NCBI RefSeq assembly: GCF_006345805.1
Contig: NC_043005.1
Location: 32,922,001-32,986,000 of the forward strand
Length of the DNA stretch: 64,000 nucleotides
From: Octopus sinensis
Taxonomy: Eukaryota
Reading direction: 5' to 3'
Shown: positions 11,319 to 23,277 of the stretch, piece by piece
Layout: the number at the start of each line of letters is the position of its first letter
How positions within the stretch are numbered: position 1 is the stretch's first letter
The notes under the pieces: model-generated
What the model was told of the DNA's origin: nothing
Database searches by the model: none
What the model saw: only the letters and a program-made list of their open reading frames with translations
Program-made: the position numbers and the translations under genes

Positions 11319-13450
11319 AGGCTGAACAAGCACCTGGACGAAAACAAACTGTTCCCAGAAGAGCAGAAAGGATGCCGCAAAGGCTCATATGGCTGTAAAG
11401 ATCAACTAATGATTAATAAAGCCATAACTGAAGACAGCCACAGAAAGAAGAAAGGCCTCAGTATGGCCTGGATTGACTACAAAAAGGCGTTTGATAGCAT
11501 CCCCCACACATGGATCCTCGAAACACTAGCTATTAACAAAGTAGTAGCACCAACAATCATAAAATTCATAGAGCACTCTATGAATAAATGGCAAACAGTC
11601 CTACACCTCCAAACAAAAGAGGGACTCATGAAAACCAAAGACATCCCCATTAGAAGAGGAATATTCCAGGGAGATACGCTCTCTCCACTCCTTTTCTGCT
11701 TGGCACTGTCACCTCTATCTGATATGCTAAATAGAACTGGATGCGGATATAAATGTTACGGCAAAACGATCAGCCACCTTTTTATATGGATGACCTAAAA
11801 CTATACGCTGCAAATGACAAACAGCTGGAAACACTATTAAAGACAGTTCATGGATTTACCAAAGAAATAGATATGAAATTGGATTAGAAAAATGCGCCAA
11901 AGTAACCATGAAAGAGAGGAAAACTAGTTAAGAGTAACAACATCACACTAGATGAAGCAAATGAAATAAAAGAATTAGACCAAAGCCAAACTTACAAATA
12001 CTTAGGAATCCATGAACTAGATAAGACACAACACACACAAATGAAAGAGAAAATAAAAAAAGAATATTATAGACGAGTTAGATCAATACTAAACACAGAG
12101 CTCAATGCTAAAAACAAGATAATAGGTATCAACACTTTAGCTGTCCCAGTTATAAGTTACAGCTACAATATCCTTAACTGGACACGAAATGAACTGACAA
12201 AATAGACAGGAAAACAAGAAAAATAATGACAGGATCTAGGATGCATCACCCAAAATCTGACATAGAAAGACTATATATACAACGTATAGAAGGTGGTAGA
12301 GGCCTTATACAGCTGGAAAACTACTATAAAATAACCACCATAGGACTGCAAAAATATCTACTTCAGAAGGAAGGAAAACTGATCCAGATAGCGGCAAAAC
12401 ACGAGCAAAACAAAAAAACTGTTCTCAGTATTTAAGGAAGCTGACAAATACAAACAAGAAATCATACCACCTAATAAACATGAAGAAGAAGAAGAAGATG
12501 AAGAAACAACAAAAGCTATAAAAAAAATGAAATCCAAACTAAAAATAGAACAGCAACGAACCATGATAAAACGATGGCAAGAAAAGCCCCTTCATGGTAA
12601 ATACTGGACTAAACTAAACGCAAAAGAAATAGACAAAGAAAAATCCCAGCAATGGTTGAGAAGCTCAGGACTCAAAGCAGAAACAGAGGGATTTTTAATT
12701 GCAGCACAAGACCAAAGCCTCCCCACCAGAAATTACCAAAGACATGTAATGAAAAGAAATATTACAAGTAACTGCAGAATATGTGGAGATGGACAAGAAA
12801 CAATAAATCAATTATCTCTAGCTGCCCAGTCCTGGCTAAGAAGGAATATATTCACAGACATGACAGAGTTGGAACTTACATACATTGCAAGCTATGCCAA
12901 CATTATGGAATAACAACAGAAAAAAGATGGTATAGAGCGCACACACAGAAAAGGTCACAGAAAACGAGAAAGCAACCATACTCTGGGATATGCCGATACA
13001 CACAGATAGAGAAATTAAGGCCAACAGACCAGCTATAGTTGTCAGAGACCATGAAGAAAAAAATGCTTTCTAATTGATGTATCAGTACCGGCAGATGACA
13101 ACGTCTCTAAAAGAAATGAAAAGAAATGGAGAAACTCTCAAAATACAAAGACCTGGAAATAGAGGTAACTAGAATGTGGAATCTGAAAACAGAAACAATT
13201 CCTATCATAGTAGGTGCATTAGGCATGATAAAAAAATATTCAGACAAATACATAACAAAAACACCAGGACTTACAAACACATATAACATACAGAAAATTG
13301 CACTACTAGGCACTGCACACATCCTACGCAGAACACTTTCCATACAATAACCATCAGAGCATCACAACAAATCACAGCACATACCCAAGGCACACAGAGC
13401 TGCGCTCGGTAGTGAAGTGAAAGCACGCTATAAAAATAAAAATAAAACTA

Positions 13451-13453
<3 letters not shown>
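11319..13453 (+). mobile_element. R4/Dong-like RLE non-LTR retrotransposon, 5' truncated, flanked by (AAT)n
   Basis: RT motifs EEQKGCRKGSYGCKDQL, AWIDYKKAFDSIPH, RGIFQGDTLSP, HLxYMDDL, KYLG and GGRGL; Zn knuckle CRICG...SCP; HRHDRV; RPAIVV (RPD mutated); ETIPIIVGALG. Frameshifted. Confidence 0.93.
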
Positions 13454-13515
<62 letters not shown>

Positions 13516-13517
<2 letters not shown>

Positions 13518-13999
13518 GAAATCCAAACAAATAAAACAAAAGCTAAAACTAGAACAGCAAAGAACCATGGTAAAACGATAGCAAGAAAAGCCCCTTCATG
13601 GTAAATACTGGACTAAACTAAATGCAAAAGAAATAGACAAAGAAAAATCCCAGCAATGGCTGAGAAGCTCAGGACTCAAAGCAGAGACAGAGGGATTTTT
13701 AATTGGAGCACAAGACCAAAGCCTCCCCACCAGAAATTACCAAAAACATGTAAATGAAAAGAAATATAACAAGTAACTGCAGAATATGTGGAGATGAACA
13801 AGAAACAATAAAAATATTATCTCTGGCTGCCCAGTCCTGGCTAAGAAGATTGCACTACTAGGCACTGCACACATCCTACGCAGAACACTTTCCATACAAT
13901 AACCATCAGAGCATCACGACAAATCACAGCACATACCCAAGGCACACAGAGCTGCGCTCGGTAGTGAAGTGAAAGCACGCTATAAAAATAAAACTACTG
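13516..13999 (+). mobile_element. second, internally deleted 3' fragment of the same Dong-like family
   Basis: Aligns to about 12530-12843 and then jumps to 13297-13453, losing the RLE catalytic region. Flanked by (AAT)n on both sides. Confidence 0.9.
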
Positions 14000-14015
14000 A
14001 ATGATGATGATGATA

Positions 14016-14111
<96 letters not shown>

Positions 14112-14121
14112 TAACAACAAT

Positions 14122-14550
14122 AATAATACAGATCTGCTAGCCTTAAGAAGCTATGTTACGAGCACTGTTTACATGCGGAGAACACGGAAACGGTGTTGTC
14201 TCAAAAAATTAACCCTAAACAGACAGATCCGTCTTCTAATATCAACGTCGAAACTCGTCATGCCTCACTGTTAACAAAGCAAAATACAAACCGGTATGGT
14301 CATCGACGCTATGGCGGGATTACAAAAGATCACGTACTCGAATGTTGAACCAGACTCGGGAAGAAAAATCAGCTACTGGTTCAAATCTTCCCGACACACA
14401 CGAGCTGGAAGTAACCCACAACTGGAATATTCCAACAGATGGCCATCCATGCTCGTCATCAAATAACAAAAAGAAAAAAGAATGAACTATGGTCTAGGGA
14501 AGATAATAAAGAAGTTCTTACGGCCTTCTACCATGCCATATATTTCCCCA
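14122..14550 (+). mobile_element. 5' portion of another R4/Dong-like element
   Basis: Begins right after (AAT)n. KRKKNELWSREDNKEVLTAFYHA resembles the R4-clade N-terminal W(S/T)xE(D/E)N...YY motif. Confidence 0.6.
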
Positions 14551-14646
14551 CATATAAATCTAGACTCCATGTTTTTCCAGATGTTCGTACATTGACTCTG
14601 CGAGTATTCCAGTCAATAATTTTCACATTATTATTATTATTATTTA

Positions 14647-14860
14647 AGGCGGCGAGCTGGCAGAACCGTTAGCACGTTGGGCAAAATGCTTAGCGGTATT
14701 TCCTCTGTCTTTACGTTCCCATTTCAAATGCCGCCAGGGTCGGCTTTGTCTTTCATCCTTTCAGGGTCGATAAAGTAAGTACCAGTGAAGCACTAGGGTC
14801 GATGTAATCGACTGGTCCCCTCCCCACAAAAACTGTCAAGTCCTTCAGTAGGAAGGATTA
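14647..14860 (+). mobile_element. SINE-A
   Basis: aaggcggcgagctggcagaaccgttagcacg...gtctttcatcctttcagggtcgataaagtaagtacc...aggattatt. Confidence 0.9.
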
Positions 14861-14883
14861 TTATCATTATTATTATAATAATA

Positions 14884-14999
<116 letters not shown>

Positions 15000-15000
15000 T

Positions 15001-15357
15001 TGAGTGAGAGAGAGAGAGAGAGAGCAGTGCATGACCATGCAGTGGGGCCCAGTTAGAATTTTCTTCAGGTCAAGTAGCCCATCCCGCTCAAAAGGTCCCT
15101 GGATAATGGTCGTTTAAGGATGTTGAACGAAACACCCATGTTTCCACAGGTGAATTATCCAAACCCGAAAGAATTTCCTTCAACACATGTCTATGATGCT
15201 CCCCAACTACTTCTGTTTGTGATCAGAGATGCACATATTGCCAGCCATTAAGGGACATGCTCAACAGGTTAAGGCCGAACAACTGACAAGCAACTCTGTG
15301 GTATTGAGCAAAATATTTGCTGTCGACCATATTTTATGCCAAGACAAAACAATGTGG
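15001..15357. mobile_element. unclassified interspersed repeat (family E), internally deleted; partial second copy at 58169-58376
   Basis: Both copies share ttgagtgagagagcagtgcat and gtggggcccagttagaattttcttcagg, and both abut (ATT)n. Confidence 0.75.
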
Positions 15358-15382
15358 ATTATTATTATTATTATCATTATTA

Positions 15383-15423
<41 letters not shown>

Positions 15424-17178
15424 GCAGCCCCTATTTGTTCCACGTACTTCTCGAGATTTTTGCTCACTGTTCCCAGGTCCTCAACAATCATTGTTACTAC
15501 TGCTACCTTTTTCATCGACTACAACTGCTAACTTCCCAAGTTAAACTGTCATATCTCTCAACTTTTCTTTCTTCCTTATCGCATACCTTGTTGTCAGCTG
15601 GGCATATCTATGATCCAGCAAAGTTTTTTTTTCTCAATTAAGACTATGTCTGGCTTCCTATTTTCTATCTCATGGTCGCACTGAATCATAAAATCCCATA
15701 GGATCTTTACATTTCTATTTTTGACCATGCCTTCAGGTTTGTGGTCGTACCAATGTTTTGCTCTGTCAGGTCCATACTTGTTGCAAAGTGTCCAATGGAC
15801 AAGCCTGGCTATATTGTTGTGGCATCTCTTATATTCCTTCTGGGCTAGTGGTGTACATTGGCTGGTAGTATGCGATACGGTTTCACCGTTTTGTCCACAG
15901 ATTCTGCACGTATAACTTTCTGCTGTGTTGTCTATTCTGTATTTTATGTAGTTTGTTCTTAGTGCTTGCTCTTGGGCAGCACAGATTAGAACCTCCGTTT
16001 CCGGTTTTAAATAACTTTTAGTCATCCACAGCCATCTTTTTTCTCTGTCTGTCTTATCTTCAACATCCCTATGAAATTGACCATGCATTCTTTTCTTTAC
16101 CCACCTATTTTCAGTTTCATTCGTTTTCAATTTCTTGTATAGTGCTTTATCTTTACAATCTTTCATTCTACACAAGCCTGACCGTCTTACTTCTAATAAT
16201 AGCGGTTTTGTGGCATTTTCTACATACTATGCTATGTTGTTTTTTTCTGCTCTAATGCTGTGTTCGCATCCAGTAAGTCCTCTTCCTCCTCTTTTTCTTG
16301 GTACATACAGTCTGTCTGTGTCACATTTTGGGTGGAGTGACCCATATCTAGTCAGCAACTTCCTTGTGTTTCTGTCTAAGCTGTTTAGTTCGTCTACTCT
16401 CCATGCGATTATACCTGCTCCATATCTAAGGAGGGAAACCGCCCATGTGTTGATATCTTCGATCTTAATACGTCCGTTTAATTTCGACTTAAGGATCAGT
16501 CTCAGTCTGCGCAAGTACTCCGCCTTAAATTTTTCTGTCATTTCTTTCTCCATCAATTTATCTATTTCCAAAATCCCCAAGTACTTATAGCCCGTTTCTT
16601 CTCTCTGCGTCATAACCCCCACCCCCGATGGTATCGATAGCCCGTCCATACATTTGATTTTACCTCTCTTCAAGACTAACACACCACACTTTCTCAGTCC
16701 GAACTCCATTCTGATATCAGCACTGAAGGTATACACCGTATCAACGAGGCAACTGACTTGGGCTTCATCCTTACCATAAAGTTTGAGGTCATCCATGAAT
16801 AACAAATGGTTGACTTTTTGTTGGCAGTTTTTGAATACTTACCCAGCTTTTGCTTTCTTCAGAATCAGTGTTAGCTTTATCAAGCACAGCAGAAAGATCA
16901 GTGGGGACAGGCAGTCCCCTTGGAAGATGCCCCTCCTAATTACTATTGTCCCTAAACTTCTTCCGTGTGCTGTCAGGTCCGTCCTCCAATTCGTCACACT
17001 TTTCCCAAGCAATCGCTCAACATTCGATGCAACACCAAATAGGTTCATACACTCCATAATCCAAGAATGTGAAATCATATTGTACACCTTATGATAGTCG
17101 ATCCATGACATGGCTAAGTTATTTTCCTCCTCTTGCAGTCTCTGAGTACAGTTTTGTCTATCAGGAATTGATCCTTTG
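15424..17178 (-). mobile_element. R4/Dong-like RLE LINE (family 2), RT through RLE, frameshifted
   Basis: KDQFLIDKTVLRDCKRR, NLAMSWIDY, RGIFQGDCLSP, LLFMDDLKLY, YKYLG, RGGRGL, CRICG, HNNIA, RKPDIVLIEK, DLGTVSK. Confidence 0.93.
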
Positions 17179-18017
17179 AAACCGAAGCCAATGATGGTGA
17201 CAGTGTTACACCCGGTAGGCTCGGAGATTCTGGTCCGGCTCCAGCCTATTGATATCCAGAAAGGGACCACCACACACGGCGTAGAAGGAGCAAGTTAATG
17301 CTGTGGTCACGGAGTGTTACTACCTGAACAGCCCGGTAGATGAAAATGGTGCTCAAATTAGGGGTTACTGACAACGTATGTATGATCATTGGAGAGAAAA
17401 GGGATTGTTTCAACTCACGGAACAGAGCAATAAGAAAAAATTATTGGTTCACAGAAGTAGAGCTCGAAGCTATCAAAAGACGTGTGATGGAAAATAGCAG
17501 CAGAGATAACTATGAAAATACAGTTCTTACTAATGAGAGTAATCTCATAGCGCAGGAAAGGAGCAGTGGTAGTTTACTTGACGAGAGACATATAGATGAT
17601 CTAAAAGAAGACAATAAAACTAATAGCGACATGACAGAATAATAAAAGTCAATCTACAACAGAATAAAGGTAAAACTACAGGAGAACGATAACGACATTA
17701 TTTGCAACCTTAAAATTGTTGATCGATGGAAATTTAACCAAGAAACAAAAAATGCCAATGAAATTTAGAAAAATATCAGAACAAACACCACAGAAACAAA
17801 TAATTTGATGAAGGCAGCAAGTATTGTTGTAGCAGAAAATGTGGGTGTTGATGTCAAGAAAAGAAACTTAATGGGAGTGACAAAAGAAAAGATCCATGGT
17901 GGAAAAGAAGAATCCAGGCAGGGTTAGACATGCTCTCGAAGTAAATCTCTGTGTTAGACCGAAAAGAGAAAGGGGAGCTTAAAAGCGAACAAAAATACAG
18001 GGCGCGGAAAAGAAAGT
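17179..18017 (+). mobile_element. N-terminal part of an R4/Dong-like ORF, inverted relative to 15424-17178
   Basis: VNAVVTECYYL...RMYDHWREKGLF and RAIRKNYWFTEVELEAIKRRV, ending ELKSEQKYRARKRKY fused to (ATT)n. Confidence 0.8.
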
Positions 18018-18166
18018 ATATTATTATTATCATCATTATTATTATTAATATTATTATTATTGTTGTTGTTGCTGTTATTGTTGTTGTTGTTGTTGTTGTT
18101 GTTGCTGTTGTTGTTGTTGTTGTTGTTGATGTTTTTTATGTTGTTGTTTTTGATGTTATGGTTGTT

Positions 18167-18595
18167 AAGGCGGTTAGCTGGCAGAATTGTTAGCATGCTG
18201 GGCGAAGTACTTAGCGGTATCTCATCAAATTTCGCCGAGATCGACTTTGCTTTCATTCTTTCGGGGTCGACGATAAAATTAAGTATTAGTAGAGTACCAG
18301 GGTCGATATAATCGACTTACCCTCCCCCAAATTTCAGGCCTTGTGCCTATATTAGAAAGGATTATTATAATAATAATTATTATTATGAAGGCGGCGAGCT
18401 AGCGGAATCATTAGCACGTTGGGCAAAATGCTTAGCAGCATCTAATCCGTCTTTACGTTCTGAGTTCCAATTCCGCTGAGGTCGACTTTGCCTTTCATCC
18501 TACCGGGGTCGATAAAATATGTACCATTTGAAATCTGGGGTCGATGTAATCCACTAGTCCCCTCCCCACAAATTGCTGCCCTTGTGGCATATATA
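18167..18595 (+). mobile_element. two tandem SINE-A copies (18167-18365 and 18388-18595)
   Basis: Both carry the aaggcgg.gagct.gc.gaat head and the ctttcat.ct..cggggtcga body. Confidence 0.88.
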
Positions 18596-19161
18596 TTATA
18601 TGGAGTGTAGGTGTAGGAATTCTCTCTCTCTATATAAACCAAGAGAAATAAATACCTAAAAGAAAAACCAAACGCTCGACCTCCAACGCACCACCACTAC
18701 CACCACCACCACCACCGCCGCCGCCACTAAATCATCGACATAGTCACGTGAACTCTTTAAACAAACCATCTGCTCCCAGTCACTTTACCAGATGGTTATT
18801 TTCCCCTTTATACAATCCTCAGAGGTTTCACTGTATGGCTGGGGTTTTGTCTTTTTGTTTCTTCCTTTTTTTAACGTTTTCTTGCTTTTGTTGTATTTTT
18901 GTTTCTAGTTTTCGCTGTTTCCTTTTCGTTCGCTTTTCAACTTCTTCGTAGTTACATGTTGTATAACCACATATAATATAAATATGACGTGAACATGGTG
19001 GAAATGTCATTCTTTCCTTCTAATCTCCCCATCTATTTATCTATACATCTATTTCTATACACATGTACAGGTGCACACCCATGCGCATACACATACACAC
19101 GTATGTGTGGGTGTAGGAGGTAGTATGTGTATATGTATAAATACAAACACACCATGCATAT

Positions 19162-19199
<38 letters not shown>

Positions 19200-19212
19200 C
19201 ATTTATATAATG

Positions 19213-20225
19213 AACGGTAATAATGGCACTGGTAAAAGTGGCACGGTAAAAATGGCACAGGTAGAAATGGCATAATAAGCTTATTGAATATACACTATTG
19301 CCAAAATAAATATAATGAAGTTTGTCTAATTTAAAAACTGGTTTTGAGTAAAATCTATTTTCTTAATGTATCATATACCTGTATAACCTCTATTTCTTAA
19401 TTTTGATTCATACGTTTAAAATTCATTAAAAAAAACCAATTATAATAAAATCAAATATGCTTAGACATGAGAACACCATTTTTTATTAACCTTTAAAAAC
19501 AGAATTTAATAACTAGAATCTTATGCTGTGACCAAGTCCACGTAACACTTGATCAAGGTTTTTTCTTCCTTCTGTGTAGTCTTTGCATAAATTCTTTAAT
19601 CTTTGTTGTAGACCAACATATACTTTCTTTGTTTTCTTCCTGGGTGGTTCACCATCTGTGTCCCTTGCTATCACAGCACTCATAACAGGCCAAGGGCCTT
19701 GATTTTTTTTCTCCAGGTACTCTGATACAGGTGATAGAAACAACCTTTTGTGCGTGTTTCCAGTCCAAAAACATTGTTGATAGCTTGGGCGACCGCCTGC
19801 TCGAAGTCAGCAATCATGGTTGTTGGGTTTGGGTAGAGCTCAGTCTCGTGGCAACGATCCATGACAGCTTGCAGCTGGGTTTCATATGTATCTTGTGTTT
19901 TAGTCTGTAGACAAGCAAAAACAGTAGAAATTGCAGTATTATCGACTGGGACTCGTAATACATAAAGCTGTAGAAATCCTAGTGGAACTATTGCATAGCT
20001 ACCATCCATTAGTCATGTATCAGCAGAAGTAAGTAACTGCAGTGGTTCATCACAACCAAACGCAATGATGCGGTTGCCAGTGTCTGGACCATTATCGAAG
20101 AACAGAAATGATTTGGGTGCGGGAGCTGCAGTAGTTGCCCATTCTCCAGTAAGTTTCAGATCCTCGAGTTTTTCTGGTACTTGTGGATAGAGTTTTGATC
20201 TTTGGTTATGCAAAGTTCTCTTTAT
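19213..20225 (-). mobile_element. MULE (Mutator-like) transposon remnant: one terminus plus internally deleted transposase
   Basis: Four tandem ggtaaaaatggcac-like units at 19216-19273. FLFFDNG...IIAFG, DT*LMDGSY, QLY, DFEQA and GCFYHL motifs, plus a C-terminal piece in another frame. Confidence 0.85.
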
Positions 20226-20567
20226 GAAGGAGCGAAGAGAGAAGATTAATCCTTGTTCACGGCGAAGACGGGAGTCCGGATGGCCCCTGTGCAAGGACAA
20301 TCCGAACACAGACAGGTGTTGCAAAGAGTGGCCGGTAGAGCTGAAATGGCGCGAGACCGGGGTGTCATTGCCGATTCGGATGTCTCGGAGGTGTTCCGCA
20401 AACAGGTCAGCCAAGTGGCGTCCCGTATGCCCGATGTATAGAGAAGGGCAGAGAGAGCAGGAGATGTAGTAGATGACATTGGTAAAAGTGCAGGTGAAGG
20501 AGTCGGTGATATGATAGGGTCGATGATGGGTGCCGGTGAGGAGGGTGGTGTTGGAGAGGTAAGGGCA
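20226..20567 (-). mobile_element. Penelope-like element GIY-YIG endonuclease fragment
   Basis: FTCTFTNVIYYISCSLCPSLYIGHTGRHLADLFAEHLRDIR...PVSRHF...RLRREQGLIFSL. Confidence 0.9.
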
Positions 20568-20793
20568 ATATATGTTTGTATATCTGTGTTGGTCGCCCCC
20601 ACCATCGTTTGACAACTGATTCTGGTGTGTCTACGTCCCCGTAACCTAGCGGATCGGCATAATACACCGATAGAATAAGTACTAGACTTACAGAGAATAA
20701 GTTCTGGGGTTAAACTTTTTCGACTACAGGCGGTGCTCCAGCATGGCAGCAGTCAATAAAAGAGTAAAAGAGTAATATATATATATATAATAT

Positions 20794-20830
<37 letters not shown>

Positions 20831-21168
20831 TCTTTTACTTGTTTCAGTCATTTGACTGCAGAGCCCAGGACTTATTCTTTATAACCCTAGTACGTATTCT
20901 ATCGGTCATTTTTGCCGAACCGCTAAGTTACGGGGGCGTAAACACACCAGTATTGATTGTCAAGCGATGGTGGGAGGGGGGGTAAACACAGACACACAAT
21001 CATACGACGGGTTTCTTTCAGTTTTCTTCTGCCAAATCCACTCACAAAGCTTTGGTCGGGCCGCGGCTATAGTGGAAGACACTTGCGCAAGGTGCCATGC
21101 AGTGGGACTGAACCCAGAACCATGTGGCTGGTAAGCAAGCTACTTACCACAGAGCCACTCCTGCACCT
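20568..21168. mobile_element. SINE-B 3' half (+, 20568-20775) and SINE-B (-, 20831-21168) tail to tail around (TA)n
   Basis: Both align to 27259-27640 and 53091-53549. Confidence 0.88.
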
Positions 21169-21234
21169 ACATATATATATATATTAAGTTGATGGTACTA
21201 GTTGTGGTAATAATGGTTGTTGTTGTTGTTGTTA

Positions 21235-21266
<32 letters not shown>

Positions 21267-21335
21267 AGCAGGAATGGAGAAGAATGTGCAGAAACAATAC
21301 TGCTGATATGCAAAAGTAATAAAAGTAGCGTTTTC

Positions 21336-21374
<39 letters not shown>

Positions 21375-21742
21375 TTTTCTTTTTCTTTTTTTCAGGGAGA
21401 AAAGATTTCAGCAACCATTTGGTGTGTAACTATTTCAAAATTGGTGAACGACAAAGACAGAGAGGAAGAAAAAAAATGGAGAAAAAAAAAAGAAAATTGC
21501 AAGACAAATATAAACAACGAAAAGAAGAAAAGAAATTAGAGAAGAATGGATTTGTGCAGCAAAAACAGCGAAGAATTTCATAAAACATTATGAAGAATTG
21601 TGTCAATGTTAGGTTTATGTTTAGCATGTGAATATGTATGTATGCGTGGATATGTGTGTTTTGTGTATGTGTGTGTGTATGCTCGTGTGTAGATTTGAGT
21701 GTATGCTTGTGTGTGCAATTAATTATAAATTGTAGGTTTATA

Positions 21743-21782
<40 letters not shown>

Positions 21783-21864
21783 CACGTATATATATATATT
21801 CAAGCACACGCAAACACATATACAAGCACGCACATATGTTAGTATGCATGTGAGATTGTATATG

Positions 21865-22012
21865 CATTAACGGTTCGGCAAGAGAGACCAACAAAATAAG
21901 TACCAGGCTTTTAAAAATTAAGTAGTGGGGTAAACTTATTCGACTAAAGGTTCTTTGCGGTGGTGCCCCAGCTTGACCGCAGTCTAATGACTGAAACAAG
22001 TAAACCGTAAAA
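21865..22012 (+). mobile_element. SINE-B 3' part
   Basis: cggttcggcaagagagacc...ggtgccccagcttgaccgcagtctaatgactgaaacaagtaaa. Confidence 0.85.
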
Positions 22013-22419
22013 GATATATGCACACACCCACATACATACACGTACACACACACACACACGCACGCACGCATACACCTCCGCAAACATACGCGCATACACC
22101 CCCGTAAACACACACAAACGCACATATGTTTATACTATGCAAATATATGTGTATGCCTGTATGTAGATATATAGTATATATATACATATTATGCATATAT
22201 ATATATGTGCGCGCATATATACACTCACACACACATACACATGCACACACACCCTCACGCGCGCGCGCACACACACACTCACACACTCACACACACACAT
22301 ATATCGAGTAATTAACTTCGCATCTGACGCGGTCCTCAGATTCGATCCTGCTGTGATATCTTGCACAAGATATCACACAGCCTCAACAGTAGAACATTTA
22401 GTGCTGAAAATGGATCGTC

Positions 22420-22570
<151 letters not shown>

Positions 22571-22649
22571 AATTGAGATAGGGGTTGTAAATGCAACCCT
22601 CTATGGGATAACGTATATCCAATATACTGCTAGTGAAGTAACTGAGAAG

Positions 22650-23018
22650 TAATGTTAATCGACACTTCTATATGGTTGTTCCGTAGGAACCAATGTTACT
22701 ACCGTTTTTAACCTTAGGAGGAGCCTCCTCCAGCTCGTTATCTATGCAATCTGCACCCGATATATGTTGTAAGTGGGGAGCGAACCCCTACCAGCTTCAT
22801 TGTCACTTATTTTTCAATGTATAGCGAGCTGGGGCTATCTCTAGCGCACGGGTGTCCACCACTGAGGATGAATACAAACAGCTCGAAACCGTACGGTCTG
22901 AATATCCCGTCGTGCAGATTTCATCGATAACCAGCTGGAGAAGGCACCTCCTATGGTTAAAAACGGTAGTAACGTCGGCTCCTATGTAACAGCCATATTG
23001 AAGTGGTGATAAACATTA
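22650..23018 (+). mobile_element. fold-back element (about 110-bp inverted arms) enclosing a hammerhead motif; probably PLE terminal-repeat derived
   Basis: 22650-22763 is the imperfect reverse complement of 22902-23018 (shared core gttactaccgtttttaacc.taggagg.gcc..ctccagct.gttatc.atg.aatctgcac). Confidence 0.8.
22858..22900 (+). ncRNA. minimal type-I hammerhead ribozyme motif
   Basis: acca-CTGAGGA-tgaatacaaacagctc-GAAAC-CGTACG-GTC-tg: complete core, palindromic helix-III loop, GUC triplet. Helices I and II are imperfect. Confidence 0.7.
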
Positions 23019-23098
<80 letters not shown>

Positions 23099-23277
23099 AC
23101 TGACACTGCCCGGAACACCACCACAGTCTCTACCACTCTTACAAATAGTACAATTAATAACAACAATAGTAATAATTACAATGATGGTAATGATAATGCA
23201 AATAATCTAGAATTTTCTACCTCTTTCTCTAAGCTCTCCTCTGATAATATTACCTCCTCCATTCCTCTAAATCACCT

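Noticed and set aside
19216-19273. Four 14-bp direct repeats as a CRISPR-like array
   Set aside because: There are no spacers and the context is eukaryotic; these are subterminal repeats of the MULE remnant.
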